Assembly: GCA_977862235.1 (NCBI GenBank) | Contig: OZ374558.1 | Span: forward strand, 2,356,001 to 2,420,000 | Direction of reading: 5' to 3' | Length of the DNA stretch: 64,000 nucleotides | Source: Dudresnaya verticillata | Taxonomy: Eukaryota | Shown: positions 10,461 through 23,119 of the stretch, one piece after another | Layout: the number at the start of each line of letters is the position of its first letter | Numbering within the stretch: the first letter of the stretch is position 1 | Translations under genes and position numbers: made by a program | The notes under the pieces: generated by a model | Told to the model about the DNA's origin: nothing | Database searches by the model: none | Seen by the model: the letters and a program-made list of their open reading frames with translations, nothing else

Positions 10461-13400
10461 ATGGATTCTGAAAGTGGGACAGACCTCTCTCGCTATCGTA
10501 TTGAGAAGCTTACATCCCAGAACTACTACATATGGTCTCGTAAAATCGAGTTAGTACTTCGTGCCAAGGGGCTCTGGGGAATCGTGTCAGGCACCGAGAA
10601 GAAACCGGAAGGTGCCTCCGTCGATGAAGGTGAAAAGTTTCAACGTCGCCATGATGTCGCTCTTACAAACTTACTACTCACTGTGGACGACTGAATTAGC
10701 GCCCGTGTTATTGGCTTACGAGACGCTAAGCAAGTTTGGGACACTCTTGAGTCTATGTTTCAAGTTATTTCGGAGGCATCAATTGATGCCTATCTGACGC
10801 AGTACCAGACAGTTACCATGCTACCGACGGAGAATATTATGAGCTACGTAAATCGGTTGACTAACCTGGAGCAAAAGTTAACATCAGTTGGACATTCAAT
10901 ATCTGAGCGAGATCGCAAAAGGGCCTTACTACGGGGACTTAGAGAGGAGTATCATGTTGTGAAGAAAGTAATGTTGATCTCAGGCACAAAGTATGAAGAA
11001 TGTATATCGCAACTCGTCCTTGAGGAAATCAACATTTTGCAAGACGACGTTAGCACGGCAAATGGAGAAAGTTCTACTGCATTAGCAGCAACACAAAACA
11101 GAAAGAAGAAATGCCACTACTGTGGACGACTCGGTCATATCCAGCCCGACTGTTTTGATAATCCAGAGAGCCCTCGCTATCGACCTCGTGCTGCAAATGG
11201 AAAACCACAAGGCAGCTTCCGCGACCCGCGCTCGAACCAGAAGGAGACAGAAGCAGCAAATTATGCTAACACCGCTACTAGTGGGTCAAATTACATCACG
11301 TTCATCTCAAAATGTGCAACCGCTAACACTACTGTCCTTGCCTCGCCACCTTATGAATGGTATATTGATTATGGTTGTTCCTCGCATATGACGAACAACT
11401 CAGAGCACTTCCTTACCCAGAATATCAGTCAAAGCCCATCATCTGTAATGGTAGGGAACGGCAACCAATCTCCAGTTGTTGCCATTGGTGACTTGTTGTG
11501 TGTCGCGAAAGTCGGCGACCGTGATGTCAACATCCGAATGACCAATGTCCTACATGTTCCAGGACTGATGTGCAACCTGATCTCAGTTAGTCGTCTTCGC
11601 AAGCAGGGACATCGCGTTATCTTCGAGACAGATACCAACGGCCAAGGAATCTGTACTGTATCAGGATCCCGTAGCAATGATGTTATTCTTCAAGGTCTCG
11701 AACACGAGGACGGACTGTATCGAGTCACCATGAATCCAACACAAGTGGAAGCTGACACTCACACTGCTGCCATTTCCGTCGAAGCCAAACAGAAGCTATG
11801 GCATGAACGGCTGGGACACGTTAGTCCTGAAACAATTCAGCATTCCCTTCCACTAGTCAATGGTCTTGACATATCTCAGTGCAAGTTTCCATCAAAGTGC
11901 GATAGCTGTCTCAAGGGAAAGTCGACTCGCAAAGTACGTTTTGAGGCCACCGATGAAGAACAGAAGTCTACACAACCGTTACATCTTGTCCACTCTGATT
12001 TAGTTGGCCCCCTCTCGTCGCCGATCCATCAAGGGTGCACGGCATTTCGTGACTCTACTCGATGACCACAGTTCCTTGTCTCTCGTACGTTTCATCTCCG
12101 GGAAGGGAGATGCCAGCAAAGCACTAAAAGAGATGCTAGTGGAATTGGAAACTGTATTCGGCTCTAAGGTCAAACGACTAATAGCCCGTCGTGTAACTGC
12201 AGACGCTTACGACCCCGAATTTGTACGTGTCAAGAGGATGCGTACTGATAATGGCGGGGAATTCCTCTCCAACAAGTTCAAGAAATGGCTCTCTAATCGA
12301 GGTACAGTTCACGAATTAACCTCTTCGTACTCTCCGGAGTCTAACGGAAAGGCCGAACGACTCAACCGTACCCTGCTAGACATGGCTCGAACAATGCTCA
12401 TGGCTGTTTCAGACATTCCTGACCATGAATCACTGTGGGCTGAAGCTGTAAACACAGCTAACTACCTTCGAAACCGGCTGTATACCCGTTCATGCAATTC
12501 GTCCAACCAGACCCCGTACGAAGTTATTATGGGCAAGAAGCCAAATCTAGCCCACATCCGCAAGTTTGGCTGCCGAGCGTATGTCCATATTCCCAAAGCA
12601 ACCAGGAAAAGCAAATTCGAACCACGGGCCAAGGTAGGCCTCCTGGTTGGTTATGAAAGAGGCAACAGTTACAAAGTCTACTTCGTTACCGATGGCAAAG
12701 TTGTTACTTCCCGAGATGTCAGCTGCGATGAGACCTACACAGGTCTTGACGCTGTGTCAGAGCCAGAAGAGGAAACCAAACATAACTTTATGGAACTACC
12801 TGACCCGGAGGATGATAACAATTCTCTCCCAGATCTCGCGGACGACTCCGATGACGAAGAAGGAGAACTCCAGTCCGATCACGAAGACGAAGAGGATAGG
12901 GACAGCAACTCCCCTAGTTCCGTTAATACTGAAGAACTTACCCACTTCCCGCAATTGCGTCGCTCTAATCGTGCGTCGACAACTCCAGCGCGATACGGTG
13001 ACATCGCATCAATTGCACTTAACGTACGAATGGGAAATGAATCAGCCGAGGTTCCGACCACATACAAAGAGGCCGTAGGCGGCCCTGAAAAGGATCAATG
13101 GGTTCAGGCTATGAATGAAGAAATTGCTGAGATCGAGCGTAAGAGTACATGGATGCTTGTTCCTCTCCCGACGGATGCCAAGGCCGTCCAGAACAGGTGG
13201 GTTTATTTCAAGAAGCGAGACGCTGACCACCGGGTATCTCGATATCGAGCACGCCTCGTAGCAAAAGGATTTTCACAGCGGTATGGAATTGACTACGAAG
13301 AAACATTTGCACCTGTAGCCAAATACTCCACGCTCCGTTTCCTTCTCTCCTTGGCAGCGGATGAGGACTTACAGATGATGCAACTGGATGTGAAGGCTGC

Positions 13401-14619
13401 GTTTCTCAACGGCGACCTTGACGAGGTCATCTACATGAAACAACCTGAGGGTTTCGTGAACAATGAAAAACGTCATTTTGTCTACCGCCTCCTGAAAGCG
13501 CTCTACGGTCTGAAGCAAGCCTCGCGTGCCTGGCATCGAACAATCGATACACTTCTTAAGACCCTGGGTTTCTTTCAGTCTGAGTCTGACGCTAGCCTCT
13601 ACATCCTTATCCTCGACTCTATCCGTTTGTTTGTTTTAGTCTACGTAGATGATATGCTACTCGTCAGTGCCAGCCTCTCATTAATGCGCAAGATAACTAC
13701 ATCTATTGCCGAAAAGGTAGATATCCGCGTCGAGAAGAGTGTGACGAAGTTTTTAGGTATCATCATTCATCGTAACCGTGATCTACGTTGCATTCAGGTA
13801 TCCAGTCCACACATGATCCGCGAGATGGTTTCTAAGTTCGGATTACAGTATGCCAAGTCTACAACTACTCCATTGCCACCTGGCACAATTCTGGAAACCC
13901 CAAACGTCACCGATGAGGGGGAATGGGAACCAGAATCGGTACCGTTTCGCGAATTGGTTGGAGGTTTGCTGCACCTTGCCAACACTACCCGGCCAGACAT
14001 CGCGTTTGCAACTTCATATCTCTCCCGTTTTATGCAAAAGCCTTCTAGAGTACACTGGAATGCCGCCAAGTATGTCCTTCGTTACCTGAAAGGTACAGAA
14101 GAGAATGGTATCTCCTTTGTATCAAGGATCAAAGATTGCGTAGGGTTGCATGGATTTACTGATTCTGACTTTGCCGGAGATCGCATTGAGAGGAAATCAA
14201 CAAGCGGATTTGTTTTCCTGAGTTGCGGTGGGGCTATTTCATGGCGTAGCAAGAAACAAAGTATAGTAGCACAGTCAAGTGTTGAAGCCGAATATGTTGC
14301 AACTTCATTTGCCGTTCGTGAGGCTTTATGGCTTCAACGACTGAACAAGGAGTTTCGCGCAGATGCCAACAAGACTGTCACATTATACACAGACAATCAA
14401 GGTTCGATGGCGCTCGCAAAGAACAGTGTCTCCAACGAACGCACGAAACACATCGATGTCAAGTACCATTTCATTCGTGACCACATCCAGAAAGCGTCTA
14501 TCGAACTACAGTACATCTCAACCGAGAATATGGTGGCAGACGTTATGACCAAGGCCTTGCAGAAGTTCAAACATACAAGGTTCACAAGTATGATGGGCAT
14601 CTCAATCGACCGCTGTTAA
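10461..14619 (+). pseudogene. gag-pol: copia gag-pol polyprotein, disrupted
   Basis: Zinc knuckle CHYCGRLGHIQPDC; protease WYIDYGCSSHM; integrase HSDLVGP, DNGGEF and NGKAERLNRTL; RT YVDDML; RNase H DSDFAGD and RTKHIDVKYHFIRD. In-frame TGA at 10692-10694 and a frameshift near 12,010-12,030. Confidence 0.92.
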
Positions 14620-14623
14620 GTTC

Positions 14624-14632
14624 GAGGGGGAA
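14624..14632 (+). promoter_or_regulatory. Polypurine tract of copia element
   Basis: GAGGGGGAA immediately before the 3' LTR. Confidence 0.8.
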
Positions 14633-14899
14633 TGTTGGCACAATGATGTTCAATGTGACACGAACTTATCACGGTCAACATGCACCACAACAATGCAGTT
14701 TACCTGACAATGACAGAAGTGCAGAAACTCTCCGGCCCTGCTCTTCAGGAGACTCCCCCGGAATTATCACCCGGAGAGGACTCTCCTGCCGTGCAAGCAA
14801 AGGTTCGAAAATGTAGTAGGACTTTGCTTACCGTATAAAGACCAGCCATAAACAGGGAGTAGCCCAGACTGGTTGGCACATCAACACACAAATCTAACA
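14633..14899 (+). repeat. copia 3' LTR (267 bp)
   Basis: Direct repeat of 10089-10358. Confidence 0.95.
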
Positions 14900-14904
14900 C
14901 TCCC

Positions 14905-16415
14905 GAATAGCCGTCTGCTACAACTCGGTCCTTCAGATGCCCCAGCTCGTGCGCTCTTCCACACCGACTCAATATCAACAGGTATGGCCATGAAGAGCTT
15001 CGCACGCTTTCATAATTGCGCCTTCCCATCGCCTCGTCCAAATAGAGCACCCTTCCAATCCGTAGACATGCCCGGCCACAGAGCCCATGTGTTGCGATAG
15101 CCCCTCCACTGCGTCCCTGTCAAACAAGCCCCACGCCTGAATGCTGCCGATTCCAACAGATCATCGCACTAAACCCGCAAAGCCATGCGCGCCTAGTCAG
15201 CCTTTCCCAGATCTGCGTCCATTCTTCTGAGCTCCAGACCTGAACAGAGCAGGCAGCATCACCTCATGATCTCATCGAAATTCCCCTCCCGCGACAACAA
15301 CACCCAGTACCGAAATTCATTCTCTCCAATACCCAAGTAGAACATGTCTTCTAGCACACCCAAGTAGAACATTTCTTCTAGCACTGAACACGAAGAGTCC
15401 TGCTGCCGCAGTCCCGTCCCGTATTCTCAGTACCGTTCATGCTTCACAAAAGATTTAGGGAATCAGTCCGACATCTCCACAACTCGTGGCACTCAAAATC
15501 TAGTCTTGCAGGGGTTCGCTTGGACCGCCCAGACCACCGTCAGGGCGCTTGCAAGTTCTCGGGATCTGTCTCGACAGTATTTTGATCAATCCGATAAAGG
15601 CCCATCTCTCTCAATCTCTACGCCAGGCCGCTGCTTGCCCTCCAGCCGACCGCCGGCTTCAGGATCTTGCCGCGCCCCGTCGCAATGGCGCCAAGCCGTA
15701 GACAGCCGACGAACAGCACATGTTTTATGGGACTTCACGTTTTGCCTCGGCCATGGAGCTCCCCATGGAGCTCCCCTCCCCAGTCCCAACGGCCTGCTCG
15801 CAATCCCAGTGAAGTATCGACGGCGCAGCGCTTAGACCAACTGCTGCGTCATGGCGTGCACTAGCGCGCGGCCACTGGTTTTGTGATCCACGTTGCGTAC
15901 CCGGCAGGGCGGCGGCGCGGAGCGGCTGCTGGGGTCTCAGCGAGCGTAATGCATGCGCGGACACATGCTCTTCGGGGTGGCATCACCCTCAGCGCAGTTC
16001 CCAGAATCCGCCGGCGGATCAATTCTATCTGCCCGAAATCCGTCCAAAAAGCGCTCGCACAACAGCCGGTACGGTGTTGGCCGGTGTTGATTGGCTCTGC
16101 AATCCTGAAATACGGTAGCCAATCGAACCCATCCTTCTCCCCAATTCAGGAGACGCCCAGAATCCCATTTCAGCTTCAGTCCGCCTATTGTCTGCCACCA
16201 GCACTGCCTCTCGCACCGCTCCGACTGTGCATCCCCAACATCACGGCTCGTCGTCTCACCTTGTAGTATCGATTTGTACGCCGTCTCCTTGATGCTGAGT
16301 TCAAGCGTCCGCAAAAGCTCTCATTGACCTTGTTGCGTAACAATGGCGTCAAGCCACACACACACCCCCGATGAACAGAGCCTATCCAGGGCACTGCTAT
16401 GAACGTTTCTTCCTC
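14905..16415 (+). pseudogene. Highly degenerate RLE-type non-LTR relic (3' part)
   Basis: QRLDQLLRHGVH*RAATG resembles LLDIFGHHATICRSGTG of ORF2. Ends in ATGAACGTTTCTTCCTC, 13/17 identical to the 3' end of the micro-insertion. Repeated at ~55.8-57.3 kb and ~63.05-64 kb. Confidence 0.4.
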
Positions 16416-17163
16416 AGAGACGGCGGCTGGAGTATACGCAGCTATCGCAGCTTCGGAGCCGGTGCGACGCGCATTGGTGTTTTCTACGTGGAGGGGACGC
16501 CACTGATTAACGCCGCACCAGTAACAGTCAGTAGCGACTGTGTTCACATATGGTTGTCACTTAACGTGTCATGCCAGCAACGGATTTGCGCATTGTTCGT
16601 ACGCGTCGGGGGCGTCGGTAACCAGAAGGGGCTGCGATAGCGCTTGCTGCGAAGAGCACTGGTCAGGCGGCTCGCAACGGTACTATGCTTTCTCTGCTTT
16701 CTATGCTTTGACGGTTGTTGATTGCGGCGCGATTGACTGGCGACGACTGGCGCAGTGCGTGGCGACTAAAATGGTGGCATTTCCGTAGCAACATGGCACA
16801 GCGACAGTCAGCGTCATGGATGAACACATTCGCGTTGCACGCGTTGCTGCGAGCAAAGCTGCTCGTGTTAGGTCGCCGACGGTTGATGGCCTTGCCTTCT
16901 GCGTTTGCAATATTGGATTCTGTACCCAGTCCAGTAAATATCAAGTAAAGTTCTCACTTCTCTTGTATCAATGCGTTTTTGTCGTCCGTCTGTTAGCAAC
17001 AAAGGCATACAACTATGCGACAAGCTCAAGTGAGATTGATATTGAAAAGAGATATTATGAAGGAGAAGGACAGTAAAATAGAAAACACCAAAGGGCCAAC
17101 CGCTAGTCCGGCACTTGCCAAGGTTTAAGAATGAAGAGAAAAGAAGTGTTGCGATTATGGATC

Positions 17164-18459
17164 CTATTTGTTAATATCTGGCGTATGGAGCCAAGGCTTG
17201 GCACTTAGGACAATCTCTTGCTCTTCTGCGACAGGAGTAACTGATGCCATATTCGGAGAGGTGATGTGTGCAATATCCATAATCTTTTCTGGATTGTACT
17301 GAAGGATCTCCTTAATAAGTTCTAGTCTTAATTTCTCATGCGAAAGATCCTCGAGATGGAGAAAAGAATCCAATGATAGAACTGGACCAGCAGCTGCACC
17401 ATCACCCAAGTAGCGGTACACATCAAAATACTGGTGGCTAAGGGCCTCTTCCGCAGATATTCGTTCGGTCGGATCCCACTTCAACATCCCCTCGAGCAAA
17501 TTCACCGCAGAGACATCCAATCCGAGCAATCTATCTCGCAGAGACTTTTCCTCCGAAAGAGTTGAACGTTGTCCCAGATGACGCATCGCCCGGCGACTAT
17601 CTGCCATGCGAAGTTTCTCTTTGAATGTCTTAGGTGCGGTTCCCAGTACATGCGTGAAACGTTCAAGCTGATTGCGCAGGCTTTTTCCTCTGAAAAGTAC
17701 AGAACCCATTAGCATCTCTGCGAAGATGCAGCCAACACTCCATATATCGATAGATGTGGAGAATTGGGTCGTATCCTCGAGAGGAACTTCAGGTGCCTTG
17801 TACCAGATATTGAAGCAGTACTCATTCCAAAACTCATGGCCCTGCCGATCTTGATAGTTCAGCCTTGCAACCTCAAGCTTCCCAATACGCAGGGCGCAAT
17901 CGGAGTTGATGCAAATGCTTTTCGGCTCAAGATTGCGATGCGCATCCCGAGATCTGTGCATAAATGTGACACCTCGTAGGAGCTGAAACATGAAGTATCT
18001 CACGTGCTCCTTGCTGAGCAGCCTGGTTCTGTTCAGGATACCTGATAAATCGCTTCCCATTAGTTCAAATACCACAAAGGTATCTACGAAGCGATCAAGA
18101 TCATTCGGAAGTAAGACATCCTTAACCTGAATTATGTTCTCATGCTTGGACAAATGTCGAAGCAATTTGAGCTCATGGACGACACGTTTCGCTAGCGGAC
18201 CGGTTCTTATGCTGTCCAGAATACGTTTGATTGCAAAGCGCTCCCCCGTAACGATGTTCTCCGCGGCAAACACAACTCCATTTCCACCGCTTCAAATGCG
18301 ACGAGTTAGCTTGTACTTCGTACGACCGATGTATTCCGGGAAGAAGAGAGCAGACATTATTCTTGACCCGTGATCACGCGCTTCTACACGATCCTCTGCT
18401 GGGGAATCCACCTTTGAGTCTTCTCCGCTGGTCTGAATCGGACTTGGATCGGCTTTCAT
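17164..18459 (-). pseudogene. MAP kinase-like pseudokinase with in-frame TGA in the Gly-rich loop (copy 1)
   Basis: Motifs FAIKRI, HELKLLRHL, VFELMGSDL, YFMFQLLRG, IDIWSVGCIFAEM and RISAEEALSH. HRD is changed to HRN, DFG to KLE and TxY to NEY. ATG 18459 is in frame with TGA at 18292-18294. Confidence 0.85.
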
Positions 18460-20238
18460 CGTTTTCTAGGATGCTAAACAGGATCTAGGACGGTAGTAGT
18501 TCTGGTCGACGAAGGCTTCCAAACAGAGACTTGAAATGTGCAAGAGAGATTCAGTAACCAAAATTGTCCGGGCTCAGAGCTCGAACAAACACGACCTCTA
18601 CGTGTCAGCCAGTTACGAGTGGTGTAGTAAACTGGCCCTTCTTCGTGGCATTCGATAAGTACCATTCAGCAAGCAACAGGAAGATAGGGGTTAGGAGAGT
18701 TTGGGAAAAACAGTCTAGAGCAACGGCTGTTGTCACGTTGGCATGAAAGTCCTAGCATTCAGTGCCCGGAAGGCGTCAAAAACATCCAAAGAGTTGCTCG
18801 CCGGTTTCGCGAGTTACAGTGATAGGAAGTGGAGAAGTAGGACTTACGGAATTCTCGAGGAGAGTTGAGACGAAAGGCAGCGTCAGAATCGCTTTCGCTG
18901 CCTGTGTGGTTTTGCGAGGATGACAATCAGAAAGTCATCGGGCGCGACCAAGCCATGAACAAACCTCTCTTCGACACGTCCAGCGGCAGGGATTTGCAGG
19001 TTTGAGAATTGGAGTTGCCGGCACAGGGACGAGGCCGGCTAATTGCACTGCACTGGTAACGGATTGCTGCAGGAGGAGTGCGTTGGTGAGATTCTTTGCG
19101 CTCGGAGCGAAGCCCAGCCAGGAAAGGGTGGCGACGTTTGTAGTAAGCCGTCAAGTGGAACGCCGCGGTCGACTAGGCCCACAATGGGATTGTTAGAGTG
19201 GGCGTGCAGAACGAAAACGGCCAAAGACAAGTGATAACAGGGTAAGAATTACTGTGGTGACTACAGTTCATACCGGGGCCCGAAATGACAGCGATGAGGC
19301 ACTATTCAGTGTCGATTGTTCAATAATATGGGACAACACAGTGGATATATTCGAGAATTGACACTCTTCCACTCTACCAGAAGTAAACCAATGAAATTTA
19401 AAGCTCAATCTGAAGTGGTGGTGCTGCAGAACTAACGCGTGGCACCACTCCACTACTACTTGTCAGATGGTGGGTTGCGGCTACTGTTAGCAAAACCTCC
19501 GCCGTCCGTCCACAGGTCACATGCGCTGAGGAATATGCTCGCATACGATTCTCGATTGAGACCGTCATATGCCGAGGCTTCTTGTCACCCAACACCGGGT
19601 ACCGAAGGTGAGATATCAAGTAGAGGTCAAATGGTAAAGGTGTGAAGGGGCTTGTTGACCTTCCACACTTGACCGAAGTTAGTCTCTCTCCCACTACTAA
19701 AATAGCCATGGTTGGCAGTAGATAGATGCCCAGCCCTGGAACTGCTGTCAATGCCACTGTGTTCTCCTGAAGATTATTTGCAAGCGCTTAGGTCGACTGC
19801 TTGTTCCTCAGGGTCTTTTGGGCTTCTCTGCTTGTTTGCACCGGTACAAAGGCCATTTGTCCAAGCTGTAAAATGATGGGTTACCGAGAACGCCGTTGTA
19901 GGTAGTGAAAATATTCGGTCTAGAGGAGGATAAGGCAGGAGTAGTGGAATTTACTTCCCTATTGCCCCGTCGGTTATTGCATATCTATACAATTCCTTCA
20001 TGACAGGACCACTGCAAAATGAACAACGACAAAAGAGCAACTATTACTGAGATCAGAACGCAAAGAGTGCTTTGCGAGAGTATGACCATCGAAGCTGATT
20101 TTCAGTTGCCATGGGTGCTGAATTATGTTCCGACCTTGTTAAGACTTAAGCATCAAAAAGAGAAGAAATCGATGAAAGCATCCCTCCTTTCAAGTAAACA
20201 CCGGTCAAGGATAGATGAATAAAAAGACGTTGTCACCT

Positions 20239-20414
20239 CGTAGCTAGCACCATGAATTTCCGATGTAGCAGATTGTAGATCTTTTTTTGTAATAGAGTTT
20301 GCGAGTCACAGCGGTATATTGCGCGACGTAGCTAGCACCATGAATTTCCGATGTAGCAGATTGTAGATCTTTTTTTGTAATAGAGTTTGCGAGTCACAGC
20401 GGTATATTGCGCGA
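20239..20414. repeat. 88-bp perfect tandem duplication (2 copies)
   Basis: CGTAGCTAGCACC...GCGCGA at 20239-20326 and 20327-20414; mirrored at 51,944-52,119. Confidence 0.92.
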
Positions 20415-21700
20415 TCGCCTCGAGGGTGCGATGAAACTCGGAACCTAAGCCGCCATGAATGTCGCACCCAAGAGGCCGAAGCGTGATATGAAAAGTTCTG
20501 CAAGCTTTTCGGTATTTCTTTTTTTTGCCACGTTCAGCGGATGCTGCAGCGCCCATCGCATTTGTCGCTAAGGCAGAGGTGTAGGTTGGGTTAGATGGAC
20601 TATCTATAGTCACTTCGTAACCCAGGGCAGAAAGGAGCATTTGTCCAAGACGAGGCCGAGTCTTCGGGTATCATCGTGACCGGTGAAGGACTGCTCGTGG
20701 AGTACCGGGAGGGCAATAGTCTCGTAGGATAAAGCCGAGAACGGCTGGTCACGGACTGAATTATGGCGACGCGAAGAGCCATGAGCGCAAGCGTAACAGG
20801 TAGAATCATCGCACCCGAATTGCCTAGCGGAACAGAGCGACCTGCGCTTGCCATAATGGCACCACAATTGGTGATACCAGGAACAATAGAGCTGCGCAGT
20901 CGAAGATCTACTGCACCACAGCAATCCTAGTATCCGTTGAGATACGGGTACCACATCACGGACCCATCAGCATAGAAAAGACTTGACGGGACTCCAGGGT
21001 GATGGTAAACTTTTACTGGTTGTTTAAGGTGGTCTCACGCTGGCGATTAAGGCCCATTAGCGAGCGCACCGGCACTAAGTGCCAGGTTGGACATGGGGGA
21101 AGGGCGGCATGAAGGGGGGAGGTTAGGAGAGGACGGGGCGAGTGGGTCACATAAGGGCCGAGGGGGGCGGATACTCTGCAGCGCAGAGTTCCCGAATGGA
21201 AGCGATGGTAGTAGTGATTGTAGCGAGGTCGTGTGGTGTGGGGTCCCGCAGCGCCAACTTGTAGAGTCCGTGGGTGCGGGTGCTGCAAGAAAGTAAACGG
21301 ACTTTCCCCAGTTGGTCCACACGAGAGGTGCATGGGGGCATGTGCGAATCTCGTTCTGGTCAACAGGGAATGTGGGCTAGATTCAGAAGGAGAACGCTTA
21401 CCAGCGTATTGTAAACACCGGTACTCATTCTTTGGGGTCAGCAGCTCTGGAGCATCCAGAATGGACCTAGTCTGTTTCGGAAGGAACGCCATATATGTGT
21501 TTGTGAAGGGGTTTCCTGTTTCCGGGTCCGATTCTTTCCAAGTCGCAAATAGAAATGGAAATGAAAGCGTTTTCAACCCAACGGGTGCAGCAATTTGTTC
21601 TGGAATCTTCCAATGTAATAGGAAGTATGAATTGCAACGTCCAAATACTTTCTGTCTAAAATGGGATATGGAGAGACAACGATGAGCCCCTTTATTGAGA
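20300..21700 (-). pseudogene. Degenerate RLE-type non-LTR 3' fragment (copy 1)
   Basis: GSSRRHNSVRDQ, YEVTIDSP, AERGKKKKY and PLGCDIHGGLG match the RLE C-terminus of ORF2 across frameshifts; boundaries approximate. Confidence 0.7.
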
Positions 21701-22195
21701 AGCAGCGGGGCTGGAGTAGCCCAGCTAGTAAAGGTCGTATTGCTCCTCCTCCTCCTAATTTGGCAATATCCCTGTTTTCAGGACAAAGTTCATGACTTTG
21801 AGTCAAGGTATCATCCCAATACTCCCCACTGCTTGTTCTTTCCTGTTTGGTTTTAATCGTGGCAGTATCGTTCTTCAGCTACCTTTGGTACTTTGTTTAT
21901 TTCGGCACCGTCACTTTGCATGCAAAGAGTGACGATATTTGTTTGGCAACAGTTGCGAAGTGCTATCAACAAGATTCTATTACAACATAGATGCGAAGCG
22001 CATGTTCCGGGTGTAACAATGTTCCGGTTGTAACAGTGTTCCGGGTGCAACAGGCTTCCCAATATGCGTGGTGGAATACACAAACAAAGCTATGACAGGC
22101 AAGCAGATGCAAGACTCAAGTAAGGTCTGGGCTTTTGATAGTTTTACAACATGTCTGTGGAGAGCAAGCTCGCGAGCCGCGGCATGGGCACATGC

Positions 22196-23119
22196 TTACT
22201 CATCGAGTTGAACACGTCGAAATATCTGCCTCATCTCTTGATAATCAGGATTCTCATTTTCACTGAGTTCCATGATTGAGTCATAGGCTACACCAAACGC
22301 TCGAGGAAGAATCCCATCAAAGGCACGGAACCCATCACGGCGAAGTCTCTCTTTCTGAAAACGAATGTGAGTGTTAGCGTCTTCATACCCTTCAAAGAAA
22401 GTCCAAGGAAGAGAGCCGACGACAAGGAAGACAAGTGAGTACATCATGCACTCCAAATCGTCACGCCGAGAAATAGGATTCCCGCAGTGCATGGCAATGG
22501 AACAAAACTGAGGCGTGCTAGCTGTGGTGTACTCACTGGCCCAGGGAATATGACGAGTAATCACACGCCTGCGGCGTGAACTCGACTCGCGATACTTGCG
22601 GGATAGCTCGAAATCCAACAGGAACACGGTTTCAATGCCATGCTGCTTGCGAGGAAAAATGCAATCCGGAACGATGTTGCCATGAAGCAATCCTATAGCG
22701 TGAAGACGCTCCAGAGCATGAAGCACTTGAACACCAATCGACGCGACTTTGGAAACCGAGACTCGCCCCATTACATCGATTGCAATCTCCAAAGAAGGCA
22801 CGTGGTATTCCATCACCATGAATTTGTATCTCTTTCCGGAAAACGTGTCGTTCGTTTCTGAGTCTACCCACAGCACGCCGAATTTGTGCATCCAAGTAAA
22901 CCCGGTTCGCGGGGATTCGCGGTACTGCTGGAGGCTTTCGTAGACGCTGCGCTCCAGTCCCAGTCCAGAGCGGCCCGACGCAGACCCTGGAGATATCTGC
23001 CCAATCTTGATCACAAAATCAACGCTGTTCTCCATGTCGTGCGCAATGTAAACATTGGTGGATATCAGGACTTCTAGCTTGTATCGATCGCAAATGATAA
23101 CACCACCGAAGCTCGCCAT
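22196..23119 (-). CDS. Casein kinase 1-like pseudokinase (copy 1)
   Basis: Motifs VIKIG, FMVMEY, LLDFELSRKY, TPQFCSIAMH..SRRDDLE, SLPW and PDYQEMRQIF. Catalytic loop reads HGNIVPDC and the Gly loop is absent. First ATG at 23119. Confidence 0.82.
   Translation of the reverse strand: MASFGGVIICDRYKLEVLISTNVYIAHDMENSVDFVIKIGQISPGSASGRSGLGLERSVYESLQQYRESPRTGFTWMHKFGVLWVDSETNDTFSGKRYKFMVMEYHVPSLEIAIDVMGRVSVSKVASIGVQVLHALERLHAIGLLHGNIVPDCIFPRKQHGIETVFLLDFELSRKYRESSSRRRRVITRHIPWASEYTTASTPQFCSIAMHCGNPISRRDDLECMMYSLVFLVVGSLPWTFFEGYEDANTHIRFQKERLRRDGFRAFDGILPRAFGVAYDSIMELSENENPDYQEMRQIFRRVQLDE

Larger units (their letters stand above)
10089..14899 (+). mobile_element. Ty1/copia LTR retrotransposon, 5-bp TSD CTCCC
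   Basis: TG..CA LTRs at 10089-10358 and 14633-14899. TSD at 10084-10088 and 14900-14904. Domain order gag-PR-IN-RT-RH. Empty site in the right arm at 57,298-57,302. Confidence 0.97.

Noticed and set aside
18460..20230. Possible additional gene between the MAPK-like gene and the RLE relic
   Set aside because: Only short ORFs and no motif I can recognise
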